Positions 23,239 to 35,600 of a DNA stretch of 64,000 nucleotides are shown piece after piece; positions within the stretch are counted from its first letter, which is position 1; each line of letters begins with the position of its first letter. The DNA is from Flectonema sp. DT1601. Taxonomy: Eukaryota. The stretch is taken from the NCBI GenBank assembly GCA_964019425.1, contig OZ025794.1, forward strand, positions 372,001 to 436,000, in the 5' to 3' direction. The notes beneath the pieces were generated by a model. That model ran no database searches. It saw only the letters and a list, made by a program, of their open reading frames with translations, and was not told where the DNA came from. The position numbers and the translations under genes were made by a program.

Positions 23239-26200
23239 TTACCAAGTATCCTGCAAGTCGATATCATTTTCTGATGAAGGTAGTCCTTCTCACCGTGTTG
23301 ATATAACGAACAGCAGTGGAGAGGAGGCGGAGTTTAAAGTTCGACTAACCCATCCAGCGATCATAACATGCAAACCATCAAAGGGGTCCATTCCGGTTGA
23401 TGGAATGTCTCTCGTTGTTTCTGTAAAAGATTGGGATGGTGGTAAGGGTGTTGACAGATTAAAAATGCTTCTTCAAGTTGGTGATTGGAAGGAACGGATC
23501 CCAATCACAATAGGTGATTCAGAAACGACACCAGTTGCTACAACTCCAGGCAGTGAATCTCCGGTTGATATGTCACCTGCGGCTTCACCAAATAATATCC
23601 CTCCTTTTACTATTACTGCAGTTATAAAAACTTTATCTACCACTGATGGAAGCACTCTACCTGGTTCCTCCTATACTGTGACGTGGAAACGTGGCACTAT
23701 TGAAGGAGGTACAAAGTCTTGTCCTTCAGGAGGATCTTCAGTTGCGTTTAATGAGACTGCAGTGTTGTCAAATTGTACGACAAATTATCGAGATGGAAAA
23801 CCTTTAAAAAAGTATTTAGTATTTACTGTTTGTGAAAGTGGTCTTCCGTTGGGAAACATTAAGATAACTGCGTCAGAGTGCGCAGCAAATGAGAAATCTG
23901 CTCAGATTCCGGTGGTGTTAAATTCAACTTCCGGAAGTTTTAATTGTGTTTTAGATTTAGTTGTTAACATGAAACCTGTTGCGGCATCGACAGCATCGGT
24001 TGTTACATCACAACCAGAATCAGCACCAACTGGAAGACGTGTATTCAAACATATACCTCCACCAGTTGCATCATCACCAAGTGCTGAATTATTTAATCCT
24101 TTAGAGGCAATGGAAGAAATGACTGGAGGAGCTCGTGCTATTCCTAAAGATCAAAACATTCAAGTTTTAGTCAGAATGAGACCACCTTCAGGTAGCGACG
24201 GCGTTTGGAGAATAACATCAGATCGCAGCTTAACAGACGACGATCGAGAATACGAATTCGATTACGTGTTTCCACTGACTGTTAATAATCACGATTGTTG
24301 GGAAGCTGTTGGACCTCGATTCATTGAAGCTGTTACCAGTGGGATTAACGGAACTATTTTTATGTACGGACAGACTGGATCAGGTAAAACTCATACGATG
24401 TTTGGATCTGCTTCTCAACCAGGTTTGACTCCTCTGTTATTTGGTAAGCTGTTTGAAAAATTAAACACTCTCCGAACGGAAAAACCGAACTCTGATTTCG
24501 CAGTTAAAGCTTCTTACTTCGAGATATACAACGACGAAGTTAATGACTTGCTTGTGACGGATCCCAAGAAGGGTAAGAATCTTCCAATTCGAGATGCAGG
24601 CGGTCGCTTTTACGTTCAAGGCATTGTAGTAAAATCTGTTAAGAGTCGTGATGACTGTGCTACCCTCCTCGAACATGGAGGAAAGATGAAACAAATGGGT
24701 CAGTCTTTACTTAATGATGTAAGTTCAAGATCCCATACGATCTTTAGCATAACTGTTGTTGAAAAAAGTACTCTCAGTGGTCGTAAACGAGAACAAACAG
24801 CAACTTTAAATTTCTGTGACTTAGCTGGTAGTGAAGAGATGAATCTTGAGGGTGATGTCAGACAAAAGAAGGAAACTGTTGAAATTAATAAAGCTTTGAC
24901 ATATTTAAAAAGTGTTATCAAACAACTTGCGAACAGTGACAAACACGTTTCTTACAGAGATTGTAAATTAACAAGAATTTTAAAACAATCTCTTGGAGGA
25001 AATGCTCGTACCTCAATTATTGTTACTATCCATCCGGGAATGGCAATGCAAAAAGATGCTCGCAACTCCTTACAGTTTGGACAGGTTGCAAGAACCGTAA
25101 AAAACAGAGCTCGGGTAAATGCGCAGTTCGAAGACGCAAACTTACAACAACAAATAAAAATGCTTCGAGCGATGGTTAAAGCACAAGAAGAAGAACTGAA
25201 CCCCCTCCGTCAAATATCTGAAGACTACATAAAACTAAGTGAAGAATACACTCGTCTCCAGGAAGAGAATGACCGCTTAAAGGCTGGCGGTGTCATCGTT
25301 GCGCCTCCTGGAACGGCTCCAGTCGATCAAAATGGTCAGTTGGTTCCTCAACAGAGTGGTGGAGAAGTCCAACAGGCCAACATGCCAATTCAACCAAGTG
25401 AAGGAAGTGAGGGATTGATTAAGAAATTAAATGAAAAAGAAAGAGAAATAATTGACTTAAAGATCGAACATGGTAAAGAATTAATGCAAAAGACTATTCA
25501 ACTTCAGCAAACACTTGCTGAGATGGAACAAGAAGAGACAGCTCTTGAGCTTATGCAGAAAGACGACCGTCTTGACCAACTCGTGTTAGAAATCCTTTCG
25601 TACCTTCATTTCGGTACGAAGGTCATGCGAGTCGATGCAAAGACTGGTGAAGCACATCGAAAACTACTTTTCCTCTCAACAGAAAGTAGCTATCAACATA
25701 TCTGTATTTGTCCACTTGCTCATGACGGTAAGGGTAAGAAACAAGAAATCCAAGAGAGAATACCTGTCCGAGAAATTAAAAAAACCCAAATGGGACAATA
25801 CGGAACTGCCTTCGCAAAAACAAAACGAGCGTATGCAGACGGAGAACTCCGAAGCTTCAGTATTGTTGGTAAGAAGGGGAAGAGAATCGATGTTATTTCT
25901 GACACGGCGTCAGATTTCGAAGCTTGGATTCAAAGTTTAGCGTACCTGTCTCCAAGTAAAGATTCACGTCCTCAATGGGGAGAAGGGTTGGAGATTTCTA
26001 AAATGGAAGGCTACGACAAACTAGACAATGATGAACAAGCACTGTGCCGTCAGATTCACGTTGTTCCAGCTGACTACATGCATGCAAGATCCCAAGTATT
26101 AAATAAAGAAGGTCGTTTTGTTACGCTTTATGATGTCCGTTCACTGAGCTGCATTGATCTTTTCCACAGTCAGAAAATATTTGGATTCTTTATGTCGAAA

Positions 26201-26626
26201 GGTTGGATTGGTCAACGAAAGTTATACTACCTCGATACTGAGATGATAATGCAAACTACTAATGCTTATGAAAGGTATGATGAAGAAGAAGAAGAAACTA
26301 ATAATTATATTGAACAACCTGGACACACATCAAACTATGATTATCAAGATAGTACTTATGCTTATCAGGGACAACCTCCTCCTGGTGGTGGTGGTGCTGC
26401 GTATCCTACTGCGAGTTCTTATCAACAAAGTGCTTATCCGATAAGTAGTAATTATCAATCAGGTTATGGAACTACTCCTGTTTCTGGTGGATACGATTCA
26501 TCAGCTTACCCAACTGGTAGTTCTTATCAAACTGCTCCTCCACCTGCTCCAGGTTCGCATGCTCCACCACCTCCTGGTTCTCATGCGCCTCCAGGGTCAC
26601 ATGCACCACCTCCAAGGGAATACTAA
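23234..26626 (+). CDS. Multidomain kinesin: MSP-like, NT-C2-like, central motor, coiled coil, PH-like, SWIRM-like, P/Y/Q-rich tail
   Basis: Motor motifs VLVRMRP, FDYVF, YGQTGSGKT, SYFEIYND, SSRSH, DLAGSE and YRDCKLTRILKQSLGGN. The accessory domains were recognised by eye. Confidence 0.95.
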
Positions 26627-27382
26627 TTGTTTTCAAATTCTGACCACACGTTTCTTGCTATGCATTGTATTAGTGTATTTGTGAGGATAGTTTTTTCTTT
26701 TTTTGTATTTATTTATTTCTTCCAAAGCTCTTTGGGATTATGTGTCAAAGACCACCATTCCTGAACACAGGGGCTGTGGGAATATTGCAATCAGCGTTTA
26801 CAACTGTTGGAAAAAGAAGGATTTCCCCCAATCCTTTTTTGTTCCCTCTCCCTATTCTCTTTTGTTAGAGCTGTGGGGACACAATTGCCCAAAGAAACCG
26901 TCCGTTAGACAGGACGCGTAGGTAGACGGTACTCCCGCGATCCCTGCAACTGATTTATTTTCTGCTTGCGCCCAACAAAAAAAAAAAAAAAAGAATTCAT
27001 CTGTTCAATTTTATTAGGACACTTCGTAAAGCTAAAAATCTCCGACTATTCAATTTTTATCGTAGTTTCGCTTCACGAAATACGATACTAATCTGAATAG
27101 TTTTTTTTTTTTTTTTTTGGTATCCAAGCTCAAAGGTAGCTGAGGAACGAGGGGAACCTCAAGCGAGTAGTATTTAACACAGCATCCCACTTGTTAGTTT
27201 ATTTATTTTATTAGTCGTAGGATTTTATTATTGTAGTAGGGATTAGTTTTTTTTTATTCTTAGATTTAGTTAAAAAAAAAAAAAAAAAAGGCTTTGCGCT
27301 AGTTACTTTTAGTTGCTTGCCTCAAAGCCGTAAAACGGAGCTCTCCGTTTGCTGTGAAAAGTTTTTTTTAAAACCCTTCCTT

Positions 27383-27518
27383 TTCTAAACGTGCCTTTTC
27401 TTTGATTAACAACTACAACTATTCTTTTTTTTTTCTCTCAATCAAGTATTTGATATTAATTTTTGTATTAATACCTAATGTTGTTACTGTTTTACATTGT
27501 CAAAGTTTCACTCCCCTT
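27383..27518. repeat. Repeat family R3 copy A (partial)
   Basis: TTCTAAACGT...TTTCTTTGATTAACAACTACAA...AATACCTAA...TTTTACATTGTCAAAGTTTCAC matches the sequence from 30554. Confidence 0.9.
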
Positions 27519-28249
27519 CCTTTTCGTTCAGTAGCCAGCTGTGCCATTAATAAATTATATTTTTCTTGGAAGTGAAGGAGAAACTTAAGGAAAAAAAAAA
27601 AAAAAAAAAAAAAGAAAGAAATTGTTGCTGAGATTTACTTGAAGAAAATAAAATAGAAAAAGAAACGGCCAACTTTCACTTTGTTTTAACTCATTTTTTT
27701 TTTTTTTTTTTTTTGTTTTTGTTTTTGGGCAAAAACCCGAAAAAAATAAAAATAAATACAAATAAAGAAACAATAGATAAGAGCGTTTAAAAACAAGAAA
27801 AAAAAAGAAAAAAAAAGGTGAGAAGAAAAAAATAAAATAGAGAGAACGGTACCTAGTCCTGACTGCCATTAGTTTTCATAACCTTAATGCGAAGTGTATA
27901 GCAGAAACAGGGTTTACTGACACAATAAAAAGAAAAAAAAAGAAAAAAAAAAGCAAGAAACAACCTTTTTACAAAAATTAGACGTATTTCTGTTTCTTTG
28001 TTATTTCAATTTATCGACTACTTCACGTGGAGTGACTATGTCCGTTTCCCCCCCTTTTTTTTTTTTTTTTCCTTCCGACTCAATATACTGCGCTGTTTTT
28101 ATTTAACCTCCCTTCAGTTCCACCATAACAAATGATGATGAAAGGAAAAAAAGGATAAATTCTTACATCACATTCACAGAATCGTGGCCTCACATTGAAA
28201 TCAGTAACATTATCTTCAAAATTATTTCCCTCAGAAAAAAAACAATAAA

Positions 28250-28777
28250 ATGCCTAAGAGAAGTTATCAGGCAAACGATCCGAGATTATTAACCCATCGA
28301 GTATATAGACCACTACTAAGAACATTAGATACAGCTGAAGGGATAAATGTAACCAAACATCAATGGCATTGGCATCACAAACCGAGTCCGTTCGTCACTG
28401 GAAAAGCCTGGATAGCAATGAGACAAGCAACTGGTAGGTCAGGTAGAGAAGCATGCTTTAAACCTTTGGTTTACAGAAAAGAAGAAATAAAGTTTGGTGG
28501 AGCCCCTAAGGAAGATTTGTTGCGTTTGCCGGAAAAGAAGTTTTTTGAAGAACATAAAAAACCGACCTCGACCAAGAAGGTCGATCAATCGATGTATTTA
28601 CCTCCGTCCATGAGAGTCCCATCACCTGAGTTATATGAAAAACAACCAGTCTTAGCAAGACATAATTCATACAGTGACCACCATACTACTCCTCCAGTTC
28701 GTTCTAGAGCGAGAGGTGTCGTTAGACAACCGAAGAACAGTTTTATTCAACGACTTCGTAGTCCTGTTACGGCTTAA
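28250..28777 (+). CDS. Hypothetical basic protein, 175 aa
   Basis: ATG-initiated ORF of coding-like complexity with no homopolymers, on the same strand as all other genes, 15 nt after a CAG. No motif recognised. Confidence 0.6.
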   Translation: MPKRSYQANDPRLLTHRVYRPLLRTLDTAEGINVTKHQWHWHHKPSPFVTGKAWIAMRQATGRSGREACFKPLVYRKEEIKFGGAPKEDLLRLPEKKFFEEHKKPTSTKKVDQSMYLPPSMRVPSPELYEKQPVLARHNSYSDHHTTPPVRSRARGVVRQPKNSFIQRLRSPVTA

Positions 28778-29143
28778 GATACTTCTTATTGATCTTGAAT
28801 TATAGTCCGACAAATAAAAGTATTTAATTATTGCCATGATACCTGCAGGGAACTTTTAGCAGGAAACACATTGTGAGCAACAGTGATTGTCGCCATTGCC
28901 TATCGGATCTCTGCTGTTCATTCCGAGCTTGAAAATGTTGAAGCTGCAAAAAAGATTCATCCAACGATAATAGTGACTATTCACTACCACAACAAGTAGT
29001 TATGCTATGGGGCACTTACTGTTTGTTCGTTAATTAATGTGAATCAGTGTACTGATTATTTGATTATTTATGATTTTCTTTTCTTTTATATTTTATTTTA
29101 TTGTAAATCCTTATTTCATAATCACAGGAGTGGTCTTACAAAA

Positions 29144-29613
29144 ATGCCACTCCGACGAGTAGTAATTCACCTTATGTGTGGAGAGAAGAAAGAAGAGATG
29201 GACCTGGATGATGAAAGACCTGTTCGTCAGCTGTTTTCATCAATAAAATCTCAGGCATCTGCAGACCTGCAAGAGAGAATGCGACAAGCTGGTGGACCTA
29301 TGCTCTTGCTATACAATGGGCAGCCACTCGGTAACTCGAATTCGAATCAACCAAACGATAAGAAACTGTCGGACTTGGCGTGTTGGCCGGCAACAACATC
29401 CACAACCGTCCCCAGCCTTCAACTCTATGTTCCTAAAGTCGACACAGTTGGTAAGAAAGGCGTAGGTATGCATTCAGTATTTATTGCGTGTGTTCGTCAT
29501 GTTTTGTTTTTGTTTAAAAATTGAAACACTATTTTATAACAAAAAAAAAAAAAAAAAAAATAGTTTCAAGCCCTGCTGTTGCAAAGAAAAAAGACTGCTG
29601 CACCATACTCTAA
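29144..29613 (+). CDS. Small ubiquitin-fold protein with a C-terminal CaaX box (MUB/UBL3-like); exons 29144..29465 and 29564..29613
   Basis: Ubl-like core (VIHLMCG...RPVRQLFSSIK...LLLYNGQPL...DKKLSDL). The phase-1 intron GTATGC(29466)..A20-TAG(29563) yields ...GKKGV-VSSPAVAKKKDCCTIL*. Confidence 0.8.
29466..29563 (+). other. Spliceosomal GT-AG intron (98 nt)
   Basis: Removal creates a polybasic plus CCTIL CaaX terminus. The acceptor TAG is directly preceded by 20 A residues. Confidence 0.88.
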
Positions 29614-30525
29614 GGTGCAATACACTCTTTGGGTATAGAATTGATTGTCTCACAGGCAGACTAGTAAGCGCAGGGTGCATGAAGACAGCTGTTGGTGTTC
29701 GGTAGTGGTGGTTGATCACTACAATTTTATTTATTTTTTTTATTTTCCTCCTTTGAATTATCGATACTTTTTTGCTGCGATTTCTTGAAGCACGAAATGT
29801 ATTTTATTATAACAGTTTTTTAAGATAACTTCTTAAGCAGACTTGTTACTGATCCCAAACAAACGTTAGGTAGGTTGTTCAATAAGTTCTTCTACGCGGT
29901 TCCTTTTCAAGAAGAAGGATTTCCTCAAAAAACATAGATATGAAATTATTTCATTGGTAACCTTTTTAGCTGATCGTTTTCAACCAGCTTGCCTCCGACG
30001 GTGGATATTTGTGTGTTTAACTATCTTCCTCATTATTTATTTATCTAAAAATTATTATTATCTTTTTTTTTTTTTTTTGTTTTTAAAAGAAAATTAGAAA
30101 ATTATATTATTTCGTTTACTCATGTTTTATTGGTCTTGTTTTTTTTTTTTTCTTCTTCTTTTTTGGCACCGAAGTCCAGAGTCGGAAAAGAAACCATTCA
30201 ATGAAGTTTGTTATTTATTTTGTGGTTATCAAAAAATGTAATGCTCATCATTAGTGGTTTTTTTCTTCATTTTTTTTTTTTCTCTCCTTCTTCTTCTTTT
30301 TTTTTTTTTTTTTTGTTCTCCTTTTTTTGAGCTTTATCTGACTTCTGAAGCATTCATTCTCAATCATCAAAGATTGAAAAAAAAAATTAAAAAAAAAAAA
30401 AAAAAAAAAAGCAAAAAAAAAAAATAAAAATAAAAACAAAAAACCAAACGATTTTTTAAAGGGAGTTGGTCTAAATATCCGTATTTTGATTTACAATGCA
30501 TTCCCGAATGAAAGAATTGTCTTGC

Positions 30526-30787
30526 CTCCCACTCATTTCCCCCTCTGTGGTTGTTCTAAACGTAATTTTCTTTGATTAACAACTACAAATATTTTTCAGT
30601 CAAGTACTTTGGCATTAATTTTGTTTTTTAATACCTAAAGTTTACTGTTTTTTACATTGTCAAAGTTTCACCCCCTTTTTTTTGATTAACGAGGATATCG
30701 TCTTGTGCACACACGGAAAATTCCCTTCAAACACTACAGCACTCGGAGTGATAATAAATACAATGCTCCCACTCATTTCCCCCTCTG
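30526..30787. repeat. Repeat family R3 copy B, bounded by a 22-bp direct repeat
   Basis: CTCCCACTCATTTCCCCCTCTG occurs at 30526-30547 and 30766-30787. The interior matches the sequences from 27383 and from 37087. Confidence 0.9.
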
Positions 30788-31084
30788 GGGTTCCCTCTTG
30801 GTTGCGAAGCTGTTTTTTTTTTTTTTGCACTGATGATGAAGTCGGAGAAGACACTATTTGGATTGAGAGCCGTTTTATTTATTATGTCATGTTATTTATT
30901 TCTTTGTGCGCTAATACTGTCTGCGATCAACAAAATATATATAAGGCTTCATCTGAATGGTTTTGTCTTGTTGTTGTTAGCAGCGGTTCGATGGCTCCTA
31001 ACGAAATAACCAGCGACAAATTGTTATAAAATAATAAAAAAAAGAAGAAGAAGAAGAAGCATAAATAATTTTCTAAATAAATAT

Positions 31085-31415
31085 TTTTTTTTTTTTTGAA
31101 AAAAAAACTGGCTTCGCATTTATCACAATTTCGTGTAGCTTGCGTTTATGATATATCGGCTGTTCTCTTTAACACTGCTTGTTTCACGTGTGTAGTGGGT
31201 CTGGGTAGTCATCAGCTTTAGCGTCTCTTATCTGTTTGATATCAGATGATTGCTTTCCCTGTGAGGGTCTTCTTAATATTTATCTCCCTGAACTCTTCAT
31301 TAAGTATGTGGGAGGGAGAAACCCGCCATGCCTAATAGTGAAAACTTTCAGATGATTGCTTTCCCTGTGAGGGTCTTCTTAATATTTATCTCCCTGGACT
31401 CTTCATTAAGTATGT
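31085..31415. repeat. Repeat family R2 copy B with an internal 68-bp duplication (31242-31309 repeated at 31348-31415)
   Basis: Direct match to 8488..8757. The duplicated segment restarts at the 7-nt microhomology TCAGATG. Confidence 0.95.
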
Positions 31416-31436
31416 TGACTCACCACTGGGAGGGTT

Positions 31437-31620
31437 CGCTTACTTCTTCACGAGAGAGTAGAGTTTAAAGAGGTATATGGATTACTCTCGAAACCTAAAT
31501 AGTTGTATATCTACAGGCTAATGTTCACTGTGACGTTAGTAAGAAGTATACTTATCGTTATGTAAAAAAATGATAAAAATACAATTTGTATTTTACAAAC
31601 AATCAAACGGTTATTCCCCT
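31437..31620. repeat. Repeat family R4 copy A, abutting R2 copy B
   Basis: AAGAGGTATATGGATTACTCTCGAAACCTAA, TTATCGTTATG, ATTTGTATTTTAC and AATCAAAC.GTTA are shared in order with the region 48255-48457. Confidence 0.85.
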
Positions 31621-32682
31621 TCCGCGTGGGACACCACAAAAGAAAAACCACTTGTGAGTTCAAAATGAAGAAGTTTTTTTTTATTATTATTTTTAATTCT
31701 TTTTAACCCCATTCGCTAGTACTCTTTAATTAAACTGTCAAAACCTTTTTTTTGTTATGTCATTTGGTACAACTACGAGGAACAGTCATTTAAGGAAGAA
31801 AAAAAAAAAAAAAAAAGCACCAATTAAAACCCCTTTTGCTGAGGGTGGTATTTATATACCACAACCGCGACGAGAACTCCCTCCCAAGTCAGGCGAGAAA
31901 AAAAAAAAAAAAAAAAAAAAGAAGCAATGGCACAAAAAACAGCCGTTTTTTTCGGACTGTTTTGTGAAATGGTACGTCATAGTGGTGATATTCAGTATCG
32001 AAGGCTACCCTGATTTAGTTAAATAAATGGAGATATCTTTACATTATTTCTTCTTCTGAGATGGTGTTTTATTGAGGCGAATTTCTGCGAAATGGTGAGC
32101 GAATTCGGGGAAACTACTTAACCCGAATAGTTGCTGTACTCTTGTGCATTGTTATTTTTTTAATACATATTTTTTTTTAAAAATTTTATTTTTTTTTTTT
32201 TTACTTGTGTTTCCCCCTTGGCGACAAGTAACATGATACAATACGCCTGATTAATTTAAAAAAAAAAAAAAAAAACCTATCTGCGAGAAAAATAAAATAA
32301 AAAAACAAGGTAGAAAGGGGCTGTGTAGAAGGAAAAGCAACGCTGTTGGCAACACAACATGTTGACTCCCGATTTCCTTTCTTCTGTACTTTAAGTCATT
32401 TTTGTTCTATCCACCGGACACATAGTCAAACCACTGCTACCAACGCAACTAAATACAATGTATGGTTCTTTAAGAATTGTGATTGCTTTTTAAATTTATT
32501 ATTTTTTTTTAAAAAAAATTCGTTTATTTGAAAATATTGTTTTGTTCACCCCCCTCAGTTCACAAGAAATCTGATGGCTTGGCTTGTTAATCTCTTGACG
32601 TGCATTAACACTCTTTGTTGTATGTGACTGTGTTTGATGGCTATCGTTTATTTGTAAAATTACTTTTCACACAACAGTTCAC

Positions 32683-35600
32683 ATGAAACATGACACCATT
32701 TCGCAGTCAAGTAGCAACATCCAAGATGAGGGATGTGGGCTGTCAGTTCAGCTTATGTTTGGTTGCATCACATTGTTTTCTATAATCATCGCGTCTGTTA
32801 GTACTGCACTGCTGCTGATTATAAATTATGAAGATGCTGTAACTGAGACACAAGACGGAGGAAAAGTTAGCACCGAAAGATGTTTTACTGAGTCGGAACA
32901 TTCTCTTGAAAAGGTGGCAGCAGAGCTACTTGCTTACGCTACATCAGGTGTTGCAGAAGAGATAAAAGTAATTATTAGCGAACCCATTAATCACATGGAA
33001 GGGTTATTTGCTGTACTCGCAATATACAAAGAAGATGAAAAAACTTTTGATTGGCTGACATCAAAACCAATCAGAAGCTCATTATGGCATCAAATTCAAA
33101 TGGCTGATCCTGTAGTTACCTCACTTGGTATTTACATTGATGATTCTCATTTTGCTCTTCATTTGCGTAATTTTAGTCATGTTAGTGACAGCGCTGTTGA
33201 GGTGTTGATTACTGAGCCGGGTAGTCCCAATAGCACATTGGGAATAGCAAAGCACGGTGATGGTGGTCTTGAGACAGTTACTTCGGTATTGCCGATAAAT
33301 AATAGAAATATGCCAGGATTAGAGATTTCTCGAAATTTGTGGAATCTTGAACAGTTTGCGTGGAATAGCATTCATGTTAGTAATTTCTTTACTGGATACA
33401 CGGTGGTATCACGTAATACTATACCAAATGTACAGCATTTCAATTTGGAAGTTTCTGTTCCTTTGAAATCTATCGCAGATAGTTTATCGAAACTTGTTAG
33501 TTCAATGCGCAGACAGACAGGTTCGAAAACCAGAATGTACGTTGTAATTGCTGAGTCATGGATTGCAACTAAACTAAAGCAACAAAATCAAAGCAATTGG
33601 AAAGACTACGATCAAAGCTTGCAACTTGTAAGTGTTAGTGATGGAGAATCAAACTACCTAGACAATAGTACTGGTCACGGCGATCTGCTTTATGATACCA
33701 ACGCAACCGACTCAATCATTCGTGGAATCGCCTTAGGAATCAGATCAAACTACGGTGGTTATGCAGGATTGTCATTTAAAGGTACCACTAAATATTCTAT
33801 TCCTCATGATGGGGTTATAGAAGAATTCTTTGTTCAAGTCCAATCAATAAACGACGGGTTTGGAATTAATTGGTGGCTCACAACAGCAATCGACATGCAA
33901 TACATCTTGGGTGAGGTTGATGCTGCTCATGATGTATTGAATGAGCAGTTTAAAGTACGTCGAAGTCACATCCGAAACAGCGTCAATTCAAAAAGAGATC
34001 AAGCAATATACACAACTGCTATTGTAGCCGTGGCTCTGTTAGTGTTATCGTATGTCGCTACTTTGTTTGTTTTGCAACCAATGAAGGATCTTCAGAAAGA
34101 TATGTTATCAGTTTCTATGATGCAACTCGAGAATCTCGCAGGGAACACTACAGTCTTAAAAGAGATTCGTCACATGCAACTTAACTTTTTAATAATGGTC
34201 AGAAGACTTAAAGAATTTAGGGCTTATGTCCCAACAGCAGTCCTTCAAGGAGCTAATATACCAAACGACATACCACTACCTCCAAGTGGTAAAGTTGGAA
34301 TTGTGTTTACTGACATTGAAGGATCAACTGCACTTTGGGATCTCGACAATGCCGCGATGAATGCCGCCCTTGAAAAACACAACGTTCTCATTCGTGAAGC
34401 TTGTTCTCAAAATAATGGTTACGAAGTAAAAACAATCGGAGATGCTTTTATGATCGCTTTTGAAACAGACACAGATGCGATTAAATTTGCAGTTCAGGCG
34501 CAGCAATCGATTAGCACAGCAGCTTGGCCTCCAGAACTCTGTCTTAAAGATGGACTGCGAGTCCGAATGGGTGTCCAATATGGACACGTTATCCTTGAAG
34601 AGAATCCTTTAACATCTCGTGCAGACTATCGAGGAACAACTGTAAATATGGCTGCTCGTCTTGAAAGTAAATCAAAGGGAGGTGCGTTGTGTATTACAAA
34701 AGAACTTTACAGCACTTTAAACCAAGAATTGGTATCACCATCAACCATATGCACAGTTGATCATGGGATGCAAGATTTAAAGGGACTGGGTCCTCATGAG
34801 ACGTTTTTACTTTACACAAAGGATTCAGTCATGACTCCAGCTAGTCATCCTGACATTAGAAAGAATTCATACATAGTTCATAAGACAAGTGAAAAGCAAA
34901 CAAGCGACAAAAGTGATGAATCTCACGTCACCATAGTAAGAACCAAAGCAAATAAAACAAACAACACTGGATTAACACTCGTAAAGGGGTTGATAAGTGT
35001 TGGGATGTGTTCCTTGAAAGTGAAACATAAAGATAATTTGTTTAATGATATCAATTTAATGATTCGCATCGTCGCTGATGCAGCTTTTGACACCGACGGA
35101 GTACTTGGAGCAGTCCTGGGTAATACCATACTAGTGTCGTGGAACACATCAAAGAAGAATCAACTTCACACAATCGCAAGCATGCGATTTGCTTCCCAAC
35201 TTCAAAAAAGAGGATCACGATTGATGACTATTGGTGTTGCTACAGGTACAGCATTACACGGAAATATTGGATCTCAGAGTAGAAGATTTCATTCTATTTA
35301 TGGTGTCGCCCTTAGCTGTGCGACATCTCTCTCTGATCACGCAGCAGCATTAGGTTCATTTTGTTTAATTGGTGACTGCACTCGCGAATCTCGCTTTCTC
35401 AAAGACGACTCGATTTCTTCGTTTCTCAGACTGGTCGACAGCTGGTACCTCCGCGACGAACATGTCACGATTCACGTGTATGATATAAGATGTGCAAAGT
35501 TTCTTACTCATTTAGAGAATTGGGGTGCTGGTGAAACTTTAATGACTCCTGAAGACTCGGTGTCGGTAAGTGCAATTATTCAAAAACTTATTCACGGAGA

